Part shown: one piece after another, positions 36,614 through 48,813 of the stretch
Layout: each line of letters starts with the position of its first letter
How positions within the stretch are numbered: the first letter of the stretch is position 1
From: Fistulifera solaris
Taxonomy: Eukaryota
NCBI GenBank assembly: GCA_030295235.1
Contig: AP026143.1
Location: 558,001-622,000 of the forward strand
Length of the DNA: 64,000 nt
Direction of reading: 5' to 3'
Position numbers and translations under genes: made by a program
Notes under the pieces: model-generated
The model's input: the letters and a program-made list of their open reading frames with translations, nothing else
What the model was told of the DNA's origin: nothing
The model's database searches: none

Positions 36614-37918
36614 TCATTCATTGCATTTCGATTCATTACTTTCCTCAAGCTTTCCCATGTATTCTTCAAGAGATACTTCAGACAAGTCTCCTACATATTC
36701 ACTGGGTCCCACATTTACCAATGATGAGCCTTCCCATCTTTCTTCTTTGTCTTGACTTCCCAAACAAATGTGATCTATGCTTCCGCCGATCATGCTAGTG
36801 ATATCAATCAATGTATCGGCGACAAATGCAATCGTATCGTAGCCGCAAGAGTACGACTGAGAGTTTACTAATTGTTGAGCAGATCCTTCGCTGGCACGAC
36901 ACTCGGATGTAGATTCTCGTGCTGTTCTCTTTGACTCCTCGACGAAAGCGGGTCGATCACTCTTTTCCGTGACATTAAGATTGGTATCGCCAACAATGAT
37001 GATTTTGGTTGTCACGCTTTTCATAGGCGGAAAGGGCGAAACGTCTTTGTCGTCGACCAGTTCCGGGGCGTTTCGCTCCACTGAATTCTTTCTTCGGTTG
37101 CGGAATCTGTTCCATGCCCGGACGCGGTACAGTAAACGTTTAGGCTTTGGACGGATAGGAAACGACGTTGTCGGTTCGTTTGACTTGTGTTTTGGAGCCT
37201 CCTCAATTCCCAGCTGATTGGTTCGAGTTCTTGTGACTATCGGCGCATGTTTGATTCGGAACCATGCACATCTGCGGTTCGGCTCCTCGTTGACGTCAGG
37301 AGGTGTTGCGCATTTATCATCCGTTCGAGTAGATGACGTTTCCAAGTCGTTTAAAATGCTAAGAACGGAATAAATAGGCATACCATGCACAGTTCCAGCG
37401 TCCTGTAAAGAGGCATGGGTTGCTTCATCTATCGTCGCCGTTTTCCGCGGCCAAAATCTCTTTTCGTCAAACTCAATAAACGCCATTTCTTCGATCTGGA
37501 ATCACCTGGACTTGCGAAACCGCCTCTTAAGCGACTGCTTGTCCCCCGACCATGGTCTACTGCCGTTTCGAACGAAAGCTGGGGACGAAAGTGCTGAATC
37601 GAAGTATCCGAAACGTATGAATTCTCTTCCTCAAAAATAGTGAACAGGCCGGTCCGCACCCAATGCGAAATTTCGATGCATTCTTCGTCGGACATGCTGT
37701 CGTCCGCGTCGTCCTTTACGACAGGAAAGGAAGAGGAGGAGTCGCTATGGTCCAGCACCTTGACATTGTGAGAGAGACTGTCGGTGGTCGGACTATTCTG
37801 TTTCCTCCCACCTTGATCTTGAGCTTCATCCCATGGATATTCCCAAAGCGTTATCTCGAACTCATCTAGCAAGAGCGATTTATCGTTATCACCAACGTTT
37901 TGGCAAACGATGGCCATC
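36614..37918 (-). CDS. Hypothetical low-complexity protein (two ORFs joined by a probable frameshift near 37480)
   Basis: Long overlapping ORFs of 218 and 290 aa; no recognised domain. Confidence 0.4.
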
Positions 37919-38469
37919 TTCGAGAAGCGGAAATGAGGATCGTCTCTTGTGCGTGGGAGATTGAAATGCAATCGATCAAAGGCATAGGGGATAAGCGAGC
38001 CGTGAGCGAAATCAAACTCTATGAAAATCATGAAACAGTATGGCAACGTTTGTATCACATCGTAACCTGTTTCTTGGTATGTCAAGCTTCTTTTCAGGTA
38101 GATACTTTAGAGATGAAGAATTTTCTTTCTTGTTTTTCATTTTGTGAGGGATTGAGCCGTTGTGGCTTTCTTATTGTTCTGTCGCAATGAGTCACGAACA
38201 AAGCGTATCCGTGATTCATTTTTCTCCGCCGCTTTCTTTTTTTCTCGCGTCGCCGCGTCGATCGTGCATCTTTCGCGCGTTTTTATTCACGTCGCATAAA
38301 GCAAAATGCACGCGACGCCTATACGATAAATAATGCACATGGAAAGGATACTCCAACTCATTGCCTTTTCTTTGTTCCGAATTGTTCGAACGACTCATCC
38401 GCAGTCCTTATCGTGTTCATTTTCACACAATACTCGAATAATCGTTACAACAAATGACACTAAACTACA

Positions 38470-40256
38470 ATGAAACACTTATCAGTCCAATTGTTCGTTC
38501 CCTTTCTTTCCTTGTCAACAACATCGGCGGCATATGATCCCATCATCGCGATGGGAGTTCTCGACGATGGTACTTCTTCAGCGAATAAGCAAGAAGGATC
38601 CGTCCGATCGAGTTCTATGAGTAGCGAGAAACCAAATAACTTAGTGGAGGCCTACATTGTGGGAGGCCGAGAAGCGCAACGAGGAGATTATCCCTGGATC
38701 ATCAAATCCGTGACGGGTTTCGGAACGTGTTCCGCTACTCTCATTCATTCGGACATGGCGTTGACGGCGGCGCACTGTCAAGGTACGGCAATGACTGCTG
38801 TGAATACATCCATGAAGCACGATCCTCATCGTTGTTTGCTGTTTCAGGTGTCTTTGGAGGGGGTGTCTATGTTTCGGCATATGATTACAATCACATCAAT
38901 GATGGTAGTATATTTCGTGAAGTCGATCGTCATTACCGAAATTTAGATTACAATCAAAACAACTCCGTTGTGGCGAATGATATTATGCTCATTCGATTGG
39001 CGGAACCAGTACGGGACGTTCCGTTGGTGCAATTGAATGAAGACGAACAAGTACCGAGGGATTTCGAAGAACTGATTACCGTGGGATTTGGTTTTACCAG
39101 TCTCGAAGGAGACTTGCCGACGCAATTGTTGGAAGTAGAGATGAATAGCATACCTTCAGAGTCGTGTTTTGAAGATTTGCAACTGTTTGAAAATGTGCAA
39201 CCAGGACCGGGATTGCTATGGTAAGTGGGTAATACTGCCAGTATCGTTCGCTTCTGGTCTCAATCAAGTCTTACATTCTATTCAAAAAGTGCCGGAAGTC
39301 GAACGGGCCAGGCCAGTACCTGCAACGGCGATTCCGGAGGCCCATTGATGACACTGGATGGATTGGTGCAAGTAGGTGTCACTTCATTCGGTGTCAATTG
39401 CGATACCATCAATTTGCCGAACGGATTCACCCGTGTGTCCTATTATAGCGACTGGATCAAAGAAACCATTTGTAAATATTCCAACGACCGGCCGTCGGAT
39501 TGTCCCGAACCAGAAGGCCCCGATCCAGGCGCTGTGCCGATCAACGTTACGATACGGGTAAGTACAAGCAACGGCAACTTGCTGCTTACCAAAACCTGAG
39601 TTACTGATGAGTTCAAAACTTCACAGCATGATTACTTTCCAGCAGAAACGACATGGGCAATCCGCGACAGATCGGACAATTCAATCAAAGTAGCGGGCCC
39701 AATAGGGAATCCCACTCCCGGCAGTCTTTGGTATACTACCGTTGCTTTGGTACCGGGAGATTACACGTTCGAGGTCTACGATCAAAGAGGTGATGGGATG
39801 GGATCGCTATTACCTGAGAATGCCGGATTTTTCGAGCTCAGCACGAATGTGAGCGGTGCGTCCGAAGTGTTGGTTCCCTTGACTCTGGGCTACTTTGAAT
39901 TCATTCTTGCGACAGACTTTGAAGTGCCCGAGACACTGGTTGCATCGCCGACACGTTCACCGGTATCCGGTTTTTCGGAATATGAAGATTCGCCTGGTGC
40001 CAAGAGCGTCGTTCCGACGACAATCGAATCGGGTACTTTATCGAGTGCCCCTTCCTTTGCACCATCACCTTTACTTAGTCCTTCTAACAATTCAGATCCC
40101 GGCGCTTCACAATTACCCTCTGGAGGAGAAAGTCAGGAAGGCGTGGATAACTCCCCCATTTTGACGTCGAATGCCTTAAATTCCTTTCCCTGGTCCCGAT
40201 ATTTCCTTACTTCAATATTCGGCCTACCTGGTTTACTCATGTTGCTCACGACATAA
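38470..40256 (+). CDS. Secreted S1 (trypsin-fold) serine protease with Ser/Pro stalk and hydrophobic C-terminus; 3 introns
   Basis: Signal peptide, IVGG, LTAAHC, NDIML, GDSGGP. Confidence 0.92.
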
Positions 40257-40319
40257 CTTCCTATAGAATAGATGATATCAAACCTTGTTTTCGTACGAGA
40301 GAAATGAATGCGACACGTA

Positions 40320-41872
40320 TCAAGCGTCCTTGTCCGGAGTTTCATGATCCTGCAACCATTTCGCCCGACCTACCCACAATGAAATACGAAAGAGTTGATA
40401 GACGAGAAACGTCATCCATACTGTTCGTAAGCCAGCGTTCCGTCCCAATTGGGCTGCCCGTTTGATTTGCAGCATGCAAATCGGAACCACAGCAAAGAAT
40501 ATTCCGTACATTCGTCCTAAAAATTTCAAATCCTTGCGGCCCAGTAAGAGCCCTTCGGATCCACAAAAGATTCCATGCAACGAAAAGATTAGAGTCAATA
40601 TTGGTGTGATTTGCCGCACCTGTTCCATAACAAAATGGTCGACAGTGAAAAGTGGCAACGCGAGTTGAATACTGGCGGCAATCGACCCGAGAACGGCACC
40701 ACATAATATTGCTACTTTCAACAAATTCAAGGAGAATGTTTGCGTCGCACGTTTATCTTTGCTTTGCATCAGCTTTGGTAGGAATGCTTGTGCCGTCAGA
40801 CTGAGAGAGTCAGCCACCGGGATGAGCGTGTAAAAGATGCTAGTCACAATTTGATTGGCTGCCATGGCTACGACACTGAGAGAAGTCGAGACGACATGCC
40901 CCATCGCAATGTAGGTAGAACATCGACCCACTTGAGTGATTGTGACGGGGATCCAGAAGGGTAGGAACTTTTTGCAGTCGCACGGTCGGGTAATATTGAA
41001 TTCGATTTGGGGGAGTTCGTTGGTGCAAGAATACCTCTCGTGACGCTGGCCGATTCTTCGCCAACACTACTGCTGGATTTGGTAGTCAGCCATCGTACAA
41101 AAAGGCCCAACGCGAAGTATTGCGAGGCCACTGTAGCCCACGCGGCACCTGCCGCTCCCGCACCAGCACCCACTAGAACAGCATCCAGCACTAGATTGAC
41201 AACAGCCGCTTGCAATACGACACGAAGGGGCGACTGAACATCTTGCAGTCCCAGACAAGCCGCTTGCATCGTCCCTAGAACGGCGGCAGCCGGCATTCCC
41301 AACGAACGTATCCGTGTATACTCCAACGCCGCCTTCCAAATAACTGTATCCGTAGCCGCAGAAGAGCTTCGTCCCATAATTTGACGAAGCAGTGTCGGTG
41401 CCAGTATCATGAGCGCAACACCAAATACAGTCCCGACACATGACGCCAAGCGTATTCCGCTTCGAAGCGCATCCTTCCTGGAATCATCGTCCGTGTCGGC
41501 AGCAATATTGTTCGTAATCGCCGTATACAGAAAGGAGAAACCACAGCGTGCCGAATAGTCCGTGATGGCCACTGCCGGGTTGAGAGCGGCTTGATCGGCC
41601 GTTCCGGCGAGGAGACCGACAATCGAAGTATCCACGAGAGATAGAAGCGGCGAGCAGAGCCAAATTCCCATTGCCGGTACGGCAAACTGCACGATTCGAC
41701 GCACCGAAGGTATATCCTCCGAGGGCACCGACGAAACGACTTGAGCTTCCAACAAAACGAATGAATGAGGGACGGTCCGGGGCAATAATGAAGATCTCGG
41801 AAGAAAACTCCATGCGGGATGCGCCGATGAAAGAATTACCGCAACGAGCAATGGTATTAAAGGATGCTTCAT
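40320..41872 (-). CDS. MATE/DinF-like transporter, probably plastid-targeted (frameshift near 40960)
   Basis: PLLSLVDTSIVG, YTRIRSLG.PA, GAAWATVASQY, multiple TM segments; signal peptide followed by WS-F. Confidence 0.9.
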
Positions 41873-44110
41873 ATTGAAGTCTCGTTTATAGAACTAAACA
41901 AAGATGATAATGGCGTTTGGACGCATTACCTGGTATTGACACCCGCCCTCTTATGCTATTGAAGCGCGTCGCAGCGCGTCATTCAAGCTAAATATTTGTT
42001 TACTGTAAGTCAGAGTGTTATTTAACTTTAACAGGACTGGATTTCAGTCATGACGTTGTAAAGAAAACGGCGTTCTGGTGCCTTCTTGTTTTGTTCCATC
42101 TATAAATGATGATTTTATTCATCAATAACATGCCCAATTAACGGTAATCGACATCGACTTGACTAGAATCCTAGAAATGAGGAAAGATGCATCGCATCAA
42201 AAGTCTACGTGTGTTTTACGTAGGCCTCGTGGGAATTTTATCGATATATAGGCACCAGACTACAGTTTTCGCTATAGTAGACAGCGAAGCCCAGAAACAA
42301 CACGATGCGATACGCGAGATGACGACGATGCTATGCTTTTTTTTTCGTTGTCGTCGTTATTGTCATCTTCGCTCATTCATAGCAATGATCATGATGATAT
42401 ATTAAATATCGTTTGATTTGTATTTCGTTTCTACGTTGCTCAAGTCATCAATCCCGGTTTCGTCGGAGACGCAAATTGGCGATCAAAAACTGGTCTCGAA
42501 AACGGAAACGGCTGAAAAGAAACGGCGCTCCGCACGACTTACTTGACAATCAACCTGTCGCATGCATCCTTCTTTCTTTCTTCTCACAAATTGCACCTTG
42601 TGTCAAATCACACACAAGGTGCGATTTGTCACTAACAGAGCAGTGAAGCTTGTCACTCGCTCACCTTGTTTCTATTTTACTTATTGCAGTCAGATATTAT
42701 AATGATCTTCGTCCGCAGGGAAGCCTCATACCGACGGGTAGTGCACGGGCCCTGCGGAGTAGCTTCCTACCACATTGGGAGCAACGAGAAATCGCGTGTG
42801 CCTTGAGCCTCCGTCCTTCTCTTGCTCTGGAGAGAGGCCGAGTGATGTGCTGAGCCCTGAGGCCTTCACCGCTCCTCGCCTCAAATTCTCTGTTTCAAGG
42901 AATGAGTGTATGTGCTGTGCCTTGGGGCCTTCACCGCTCCTCGCCTTGATTCTCTTTTTCAAAGCGCCATGGCAAAGACCATGGACAAAGTGCGGCCTGA
43001 GGGTAACTTCAGTGTTGGTACCAGCGTATGCGTGGCAGGTTGCGAAGTAAGAGGAGAGAAGCTTACTCGACACCCAAAGATGGTGTCGTGCTGGAGGAAA
43101 AGCCTCCCAGCAGAAATCCACGGTGACGACCTGGTATGTAATCACTCCGTAAAGTTGCCATGGAAATTCCACGACAGAGGAGGATGGCACCAACGGCGAC
43201 GGCCTCAAAAGAGGACCGATACGACCGATTGCGATGACCATACCTATCCCGGTGGCGTCCCCCAGATTGGCGGCCGACCCCCGCTAAAGGAGGGCCGACT
43301 GAAAACCAGCTGGAAGAGGTTAGCTCCATATTAAGGCAGCATGGTAGAAATTCCACCCGAAGGATGACCCCGGCGACAAAAGTCGACTGAGAAGGCATAC
43401 CTTGAGGTGGCGGCCCCGTGTTAGGGCCAAGTCCCAGCATCGAGAAGGCTCGCTCTACCCGACCCCAAATGGGGGTTGTTTGATTGCATAAGCATACGCG
43501 TCCCCCGTCCGACAAAGGGCGGCGCCCAAAAGAGGTGAAAAATGGACCACAAAAGTGTAAGCTCTCTTCCACACGGTCTCGGTCAAAAGACTGAGACTGC
43601 GCCAGCCAAAGCTGGCCTAAAAGATCAATCTGACGCAAAAGTAAAAGTGCAATAAACAATATAAACTAGAAACAAACAACACAAAAGACGAAGCTTATAG
43701 TCTAGGTCTAGTACACATTGTATACACGCATTTAAATTTACTGCCTTCATCCGTAGGTTGGTTCGAATCAGAACCATGGCGTGCCTCAATCGACGATCGA
43801 GAAATCTCTTATACCACAAACGTGAGCGAAGTCTACTAGGGCGTTGTTGACCGTACCTTAATGTTCTTAAACAAGAACGAAATGTAGCTCCAACTCCTGC
43901 CCTGGTTCGGTCTGCTCATCTCCGATCACAAACTCTTCGCGTCAGTTTGAACCAGGCTGCGCTCTGTCATGCAAAGTACCGTCCACCCAAAAACGAGCAA
44001 CGGAAACTATTCAGCGGGACCGTCAATACTGCTGCAATCATTTTGACTCTCTACCATCGACACGGAAATTGACGTTTCAAAATGAACGCATATCATCTAT
44101 TCGACTCATT

Positions 44111-45219
44111 CTAACTTTGGCAGGTTCCATTGACGAAGCACCTCATAGAGGACCACGGGAGCACAGGCAGCAATGTTCAGTGAGTTCTTAGCACCATACA
44201 TGGGTATTTCAACAATGGCATCGAGATCATTCATCACGTCCGTATCTATTTTGTGCAGAACAAAACAAGGTTAGGCAACGCAAAAAATCGACTCCGCCAC
44301 TATTCTATACCAATACATTGTTCTTACCGACACCCGTCACTTCATTCCCAAGAAGTAACACAACTCCACTCGCGGGATACGAGTAGTCCGAATATAGTTG
44401 ACTACGTTCGGTCGTTTCCATCCCGATGATTTGATAATCACTCTTTTCGTTGCGTAGAAATTCCATGGCCTGCCGTGTTGTGGCGAAATGGACACTGGGC
44501 ACCAATCGCTCGGCACCCAAGGCCGACTTTTGTAATTTTTCTTGTCCACTCCCTCCCGGGTGCGGCGTAATCCCGACAGTGACCACCAAAGAAACACCAC
44601 ACGCATCGGCGGTCCGAAAGATACTCCCGACATTGAAGGCACTCCGCACATTGTCGAGTAGCAGAATAATAGGAAATGTCCTTCGTGAAGATTGCTGCGG
44701 CGCATCGTGATGCCGAACAAATTCGGCTTGATGTGATTTGTGTCGATTCAATAAGAATTGAATTTGCCGTGCACACCGATGGGCGGCGGCCGTCGCGGAA
44801 ATGGTGGATAACGGCGTGGGTTGTTTGGTCGAATAAAGAAACGAGCGATACGTACGAATGGCTGATTTGCCGTAGCGATTGTCGTAACCTAAGGTAGGAT
44901 CTTCGAGTGAGGAAATGGCGGCTTCGTCTAGTTCCTGGGCATCAATCTCCAATTCCCGGAGGCTCTTCCAGAGTCGATTGCGTCTTTCGTCGATGATCTC
45001 TTTTGTGATTTCACTGTTGAGACTCGTGATTACATTTTCTTCATTTGTAGTTGTTCCAGACGGAAAGGAATAACAACGGTGCAATAACGGGAAGCGGATG
45101 TTGTAATTATGGGATGATCGTGGAGATAGAAACGCCTGCACCGTTCTTCTCGAGACGCTTTGTATCATAATGATTGTAATAAAGATAATCAATCTCTGCA
45201 TGCAACTGTATTCCCTCAT
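44111..45219 (-). CDS. SpoU/TrmH-family RNA 2'-O-methyltransferase (1 intron)
   Basis: LDNVRSAFNVGSIFRTAD, LLGNEVTGV, exon 2 IPMYGAKNSLN. Confidence 0.92.
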
Positions 45220-45900
45220 GAAGAAGCCGGTAAAAGCCGTTTGTGCAGTTTTATTGAATGATTACCAGGTACCAGGTAGAAAAGGTGCTTTGATCTTTGA
45301 CGGGCAGCACTTGCAACGAATAATAAAAAGAGTATTGTGGTAATAATGCGCATCGCTCGCGGCATGATTCATGCTCGCGGTGCAAAATTAAAAAGTGTAC
45401 TTCCTACGTTATGGCTAAGGATAGGCGAAATCGTGCATCTCGTGGAGAAAACGGACAACACTTCGGACCATAGTAACCTTAAAATGACGATGATACACAT
45501 TGCCGGGCAACTTTGGATGTGCATGATCGCTAAACAGGTTACTCCGGAGTAATAATCGACACCATTAATAGTTTTAGCTAAGCTTAGTAGGATAACTATG
45601 TTGATCATTTTCGATGGGAAGAATACATCGCATTGCAGTTATATAAAGATAAGTTCGGCTGACGACTCATGAAAGAAGCGCTGGTCCTAAAGTGAATTCA
45701 AAATATTGCACATTCAACCAAATGATTCCTATACATTCCATTACGCAAGATTCGTTTATTTTTTTAATATTAAGTCATCCCTCTGCGAAAATACTTTTGT
45801 AGTATCTCGTACTCCAATGAATGCATCGAGATGAAGCCAAGGCAGCTGCAAGTAATTGCTTCATGTCTGGCTCTGAGTTTTGTGCTACTTCTCTTATTGT

Positions 45901-46521
45901 TTATTGTAAATTAATGTAATAGGCATCCACGGCATCCATCAGTTTTCCGACGGTCACTTGAGCCGACCACATGACAAACAACGCCCCAAGACTATCCAAG
46001 GCGGCTTCCACCGGCAATCCAACTTTACTGATGCGGTATCCCACACCGGAAGCCGAAATGGGAAAGAACAGATTGCGCAGAAACGATCCTGCCGGAGCGT
46101 ATTCGCCGAGACCAATTTCCAAATCATCGACACTCAGGATGGGGACCGAATACCACAGAATCCAAACCAGAAAGCTGAGACGCATATTTCCCGATCGCAA
46201 TAACAATTTTTCGGTCGCTTCGGCTTGTGCCTTGCGTTTGGCGCGGACAGTCTCGAGTTCCTTGTCGAGTTGCAACAATTGTCGTTCCAATTTGGAGGTT
46301 TCCACAAAGGCCGACGGCCCCAATTTGCGTTTGTGATCGACGTCTTTTTGAAGTGCTTTTTGTTGTGCTTCAAGTTTTAAAACGTGTCGTGGTTTGATTT
46401 TGATTTGCAACAAGTATAGACGACAGAGGAGTTCGTACAGAGCGCCGAGAGCCAGTAAGAACCAAATATCATGAATCCGAATCAAGGATAAGTAGATGGG
46501 AGGATGAGGAATGAAGCCCAT
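45901..46521 (-). CDS. GET1/WRB-like tail-anchored protein insertase
   Basis: TM - coiled coil (AFVETSKLERQLLQLDKEL) - TM - TM architecture. Confidence 0.6.
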   Translation of the reverse strand: MGFIPHPPIYLSLIRIHDIWFLLALGALYELLCRLYLLQIKIKPRHVLKLEAQQKALQKDVDHKRKLGPSAFVETSKLERQLLQLDKELETVRAKRKAQAEATEKLLLRSGNMRLSFLVWILWYSVPILSVDDLEIGLGEYAPAGSFLRNLFFPISASGVGYRISKVGLPVEAALDSLGALFVMWSAQVTVGKLMDAVDAYYINLQ

Positions 46522-46734
46522 TTTTGATTGTTGGTTTGCTTTTGCCCGCACTACTAGATAAAGGGGAGGACAGCAATGTCGATTGACGATAAAGTTGATT
46601 GTATGATCTTGATAGAAGCAAGGGTAGAAGTTTAATAAATGGATCTATCACATCAATAATAACGCGGCGATGCATGGCGCCCCGCCTTGCGAAACGACAC
46701 TGGGAAGCGGGGGCGGACGTACTAGGAAATCTTG

Positions 46735-47045
46735 GCGAGTGATGTTCTCACCTATCCAGAAAATCTGAGGGATTGGTGTTATCACCTCTCCAGAAAATCT
46801 GGGAGGGTAGTGTTTTCAAGCTTCCAGAAAATCTGGGGGAGTGGTGTTTTCACTTACTACTTACTACGTATCCAGAAAATCTGGGGGATTGATGTTTTGA
46901 CGTCTCCAGAAAATCGGGACGTGTAGGGTATTCACCTCTCCAGAAAATCTGGGGGAGTGAAGTTTTCACTTACTACTTACTACGTATCCAGAAAATCAGG
47001 GAGAGTGGTGTTTTTTCGTGTCCAGAAAATCTGGGCGGGTGGTGA
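46735..47045 (+). repeat. Short degenerate satellite array with TCCAGAAAATCTGGG core
   Basis: About 8 copies at ~30-45-bp spacing. Confidence 0.85.
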
Positions 47046-47287
47046 AACCTGTCGTGACTAATTTGACTGACATGACTGAATGACTCAGACACAAAAAAAC
47101 AAAAAAACAAAAAAACAAAAACACCCACACCGCATCGCATCGACTGCCATTTCACTCTGTCAACACACGTTACATCGGAGTCGGAACTATTAGAGTATTT
47201 TCTCTATCTTCTAGAAGCCACTACAAAATAATAAGGAGTAACACGTTAGACGAAAAGGACGGCAGCAGCGCAGCACTTACAGCCAAT

Positions 47288-48733
47288 ATGAGGAGCACAA
47301 AGTTTCGTTTCGCAATTCTTTTTACGTGGACGATGAAATCGGATGCGTTTTTCATTCAACAACCAAGGATACCAAATAATGATGTTCAAAAACACACGAC
47401 TGTCGTGGATTCTTCATCACATTCTCCTTCTCGTTGTGATAATTCCAAGGATGCGTATGTAACCCGACCCTATTTCAAGATAACAGATGATTCGATGACA
47501 CACATTCTGACATCGTGTGCACTGGCGATGGTGTTCTGGTTCAGTACACCACTCCCCGCACACGCCGGTAGTAGTTACGGATCTCTGTCGGACGAACAAA
47601 AACTCGTCGCAGAAGCCTGGCGTCTCGTCGATAACAGTTTCCTCGATCGTACGTTCAACGGAGAAGATTGGTTTCAATTGCGCGAACGATACGTGCATCA
47701 ACAAAAATACAAGACCATGGCGGAAGCCCAAGATTCGATTGAACAAATGGTTGCGAGAATTGGGTGACAAGTACACGCGGTACTTGTCACCCGCCAAGTA
47801 TCAGTCGATTGTGGATTCGGCCACGGGGACCTTGGCGGGGATTGGGGTGCAAATTGGGACCGATGATACCGGCTTTGTCGCCGTGGCCGATGTGGAACCC
47901 AACAGTCCCGCCGAACAGGCCGGTTTGAAGGTAGGGGACAAGTTTCTGGAAGCCGATGGACTGCGCTTTGATGTCAAGACGACGCCCGATGATGTGGCAT
48001 TGAAATTACGAGGACCCGTCGGGAGTAAAGTCGGTGTGGTGGCCGAACGCGACGGCAAGACTCTGGATCTGATATTGACCCGCCAGCCCATTACCATTAC
48101 GGCGGTTCGCAGTTATTTGTCCAACACCAATGTACCGGGAGTAGGAAAAGTTGGAGTCATTCGTGTCAAGAACTTTTCCGGTACGACAGCGTCGACCGTG
48201 GCCACGGAATTGACGGATTTGAAAAGAAAGGGGCACAAGCATTCGTCATTGACGTACGAGGGAATCCTGGAGGTTTGTTGCCCGGTGGTGTCGATACAGC
48301 GTCCCTGTTCTTAGATACCAACAAGCCACTTGTCTTTGTTGTGAATAAAAAAGGAGTAGTAGATGCACAGTCCTCATTGGCGGCTGGAATGGAATTAGAC
48401 GCACCCTTGGTGGTACTGGTGGACAAGAACACGGCTTCTGCGGCAGAAGTATTTACAGCTGCGTTACAGGAGAATGGTCGGGCGGTGATTGCCGGAGAAC
48501 AAACGTTTGGGAAAGGGATCGTTCAAACAATCCGTGAATTGTCTGGAGGGACAAACGGAGGACTCGCCATAACCGTAGCTCGGTACGAAACTCCACAACA
48601 TCACGATATCAACAAATCGGGTATACCGGTCGATGTCAAAACATCTGTGGCATGTCCCAAAGACGACGCTGTAGCATGCTTGGATGCCAGTGCATTCCGT
48701 AAGGCGAAGGAGTCGTTGCAAAGTGATGCTTAA
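47288..48733 (+). CDS. ctpA: C-terminal processing peptidase CtpA-like (S41, PDZ), plastid; frameshifts near 47757 and 48230
   Basis: EAWRLVDNSFLD, LGDKYTRYL, PDZ GIGVQI, DVRGNPGG, TASAAE, TFGKG.VQ. Confidence 0.9.
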
Positions 48734-48813
48734 TCTCAATAATCACATGATTGCTATTTGCTAGCCAAACATCATCGATAAAAACCATTCAACAACTTTA
48801 GATCTCTAGTAAG

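Noticed and set aside
43415..43430. Telomerase RNA template or telomeric repeat (TTAGGG)
   Set aside because: A single hexamer only, with no 1.5-repeat template or array
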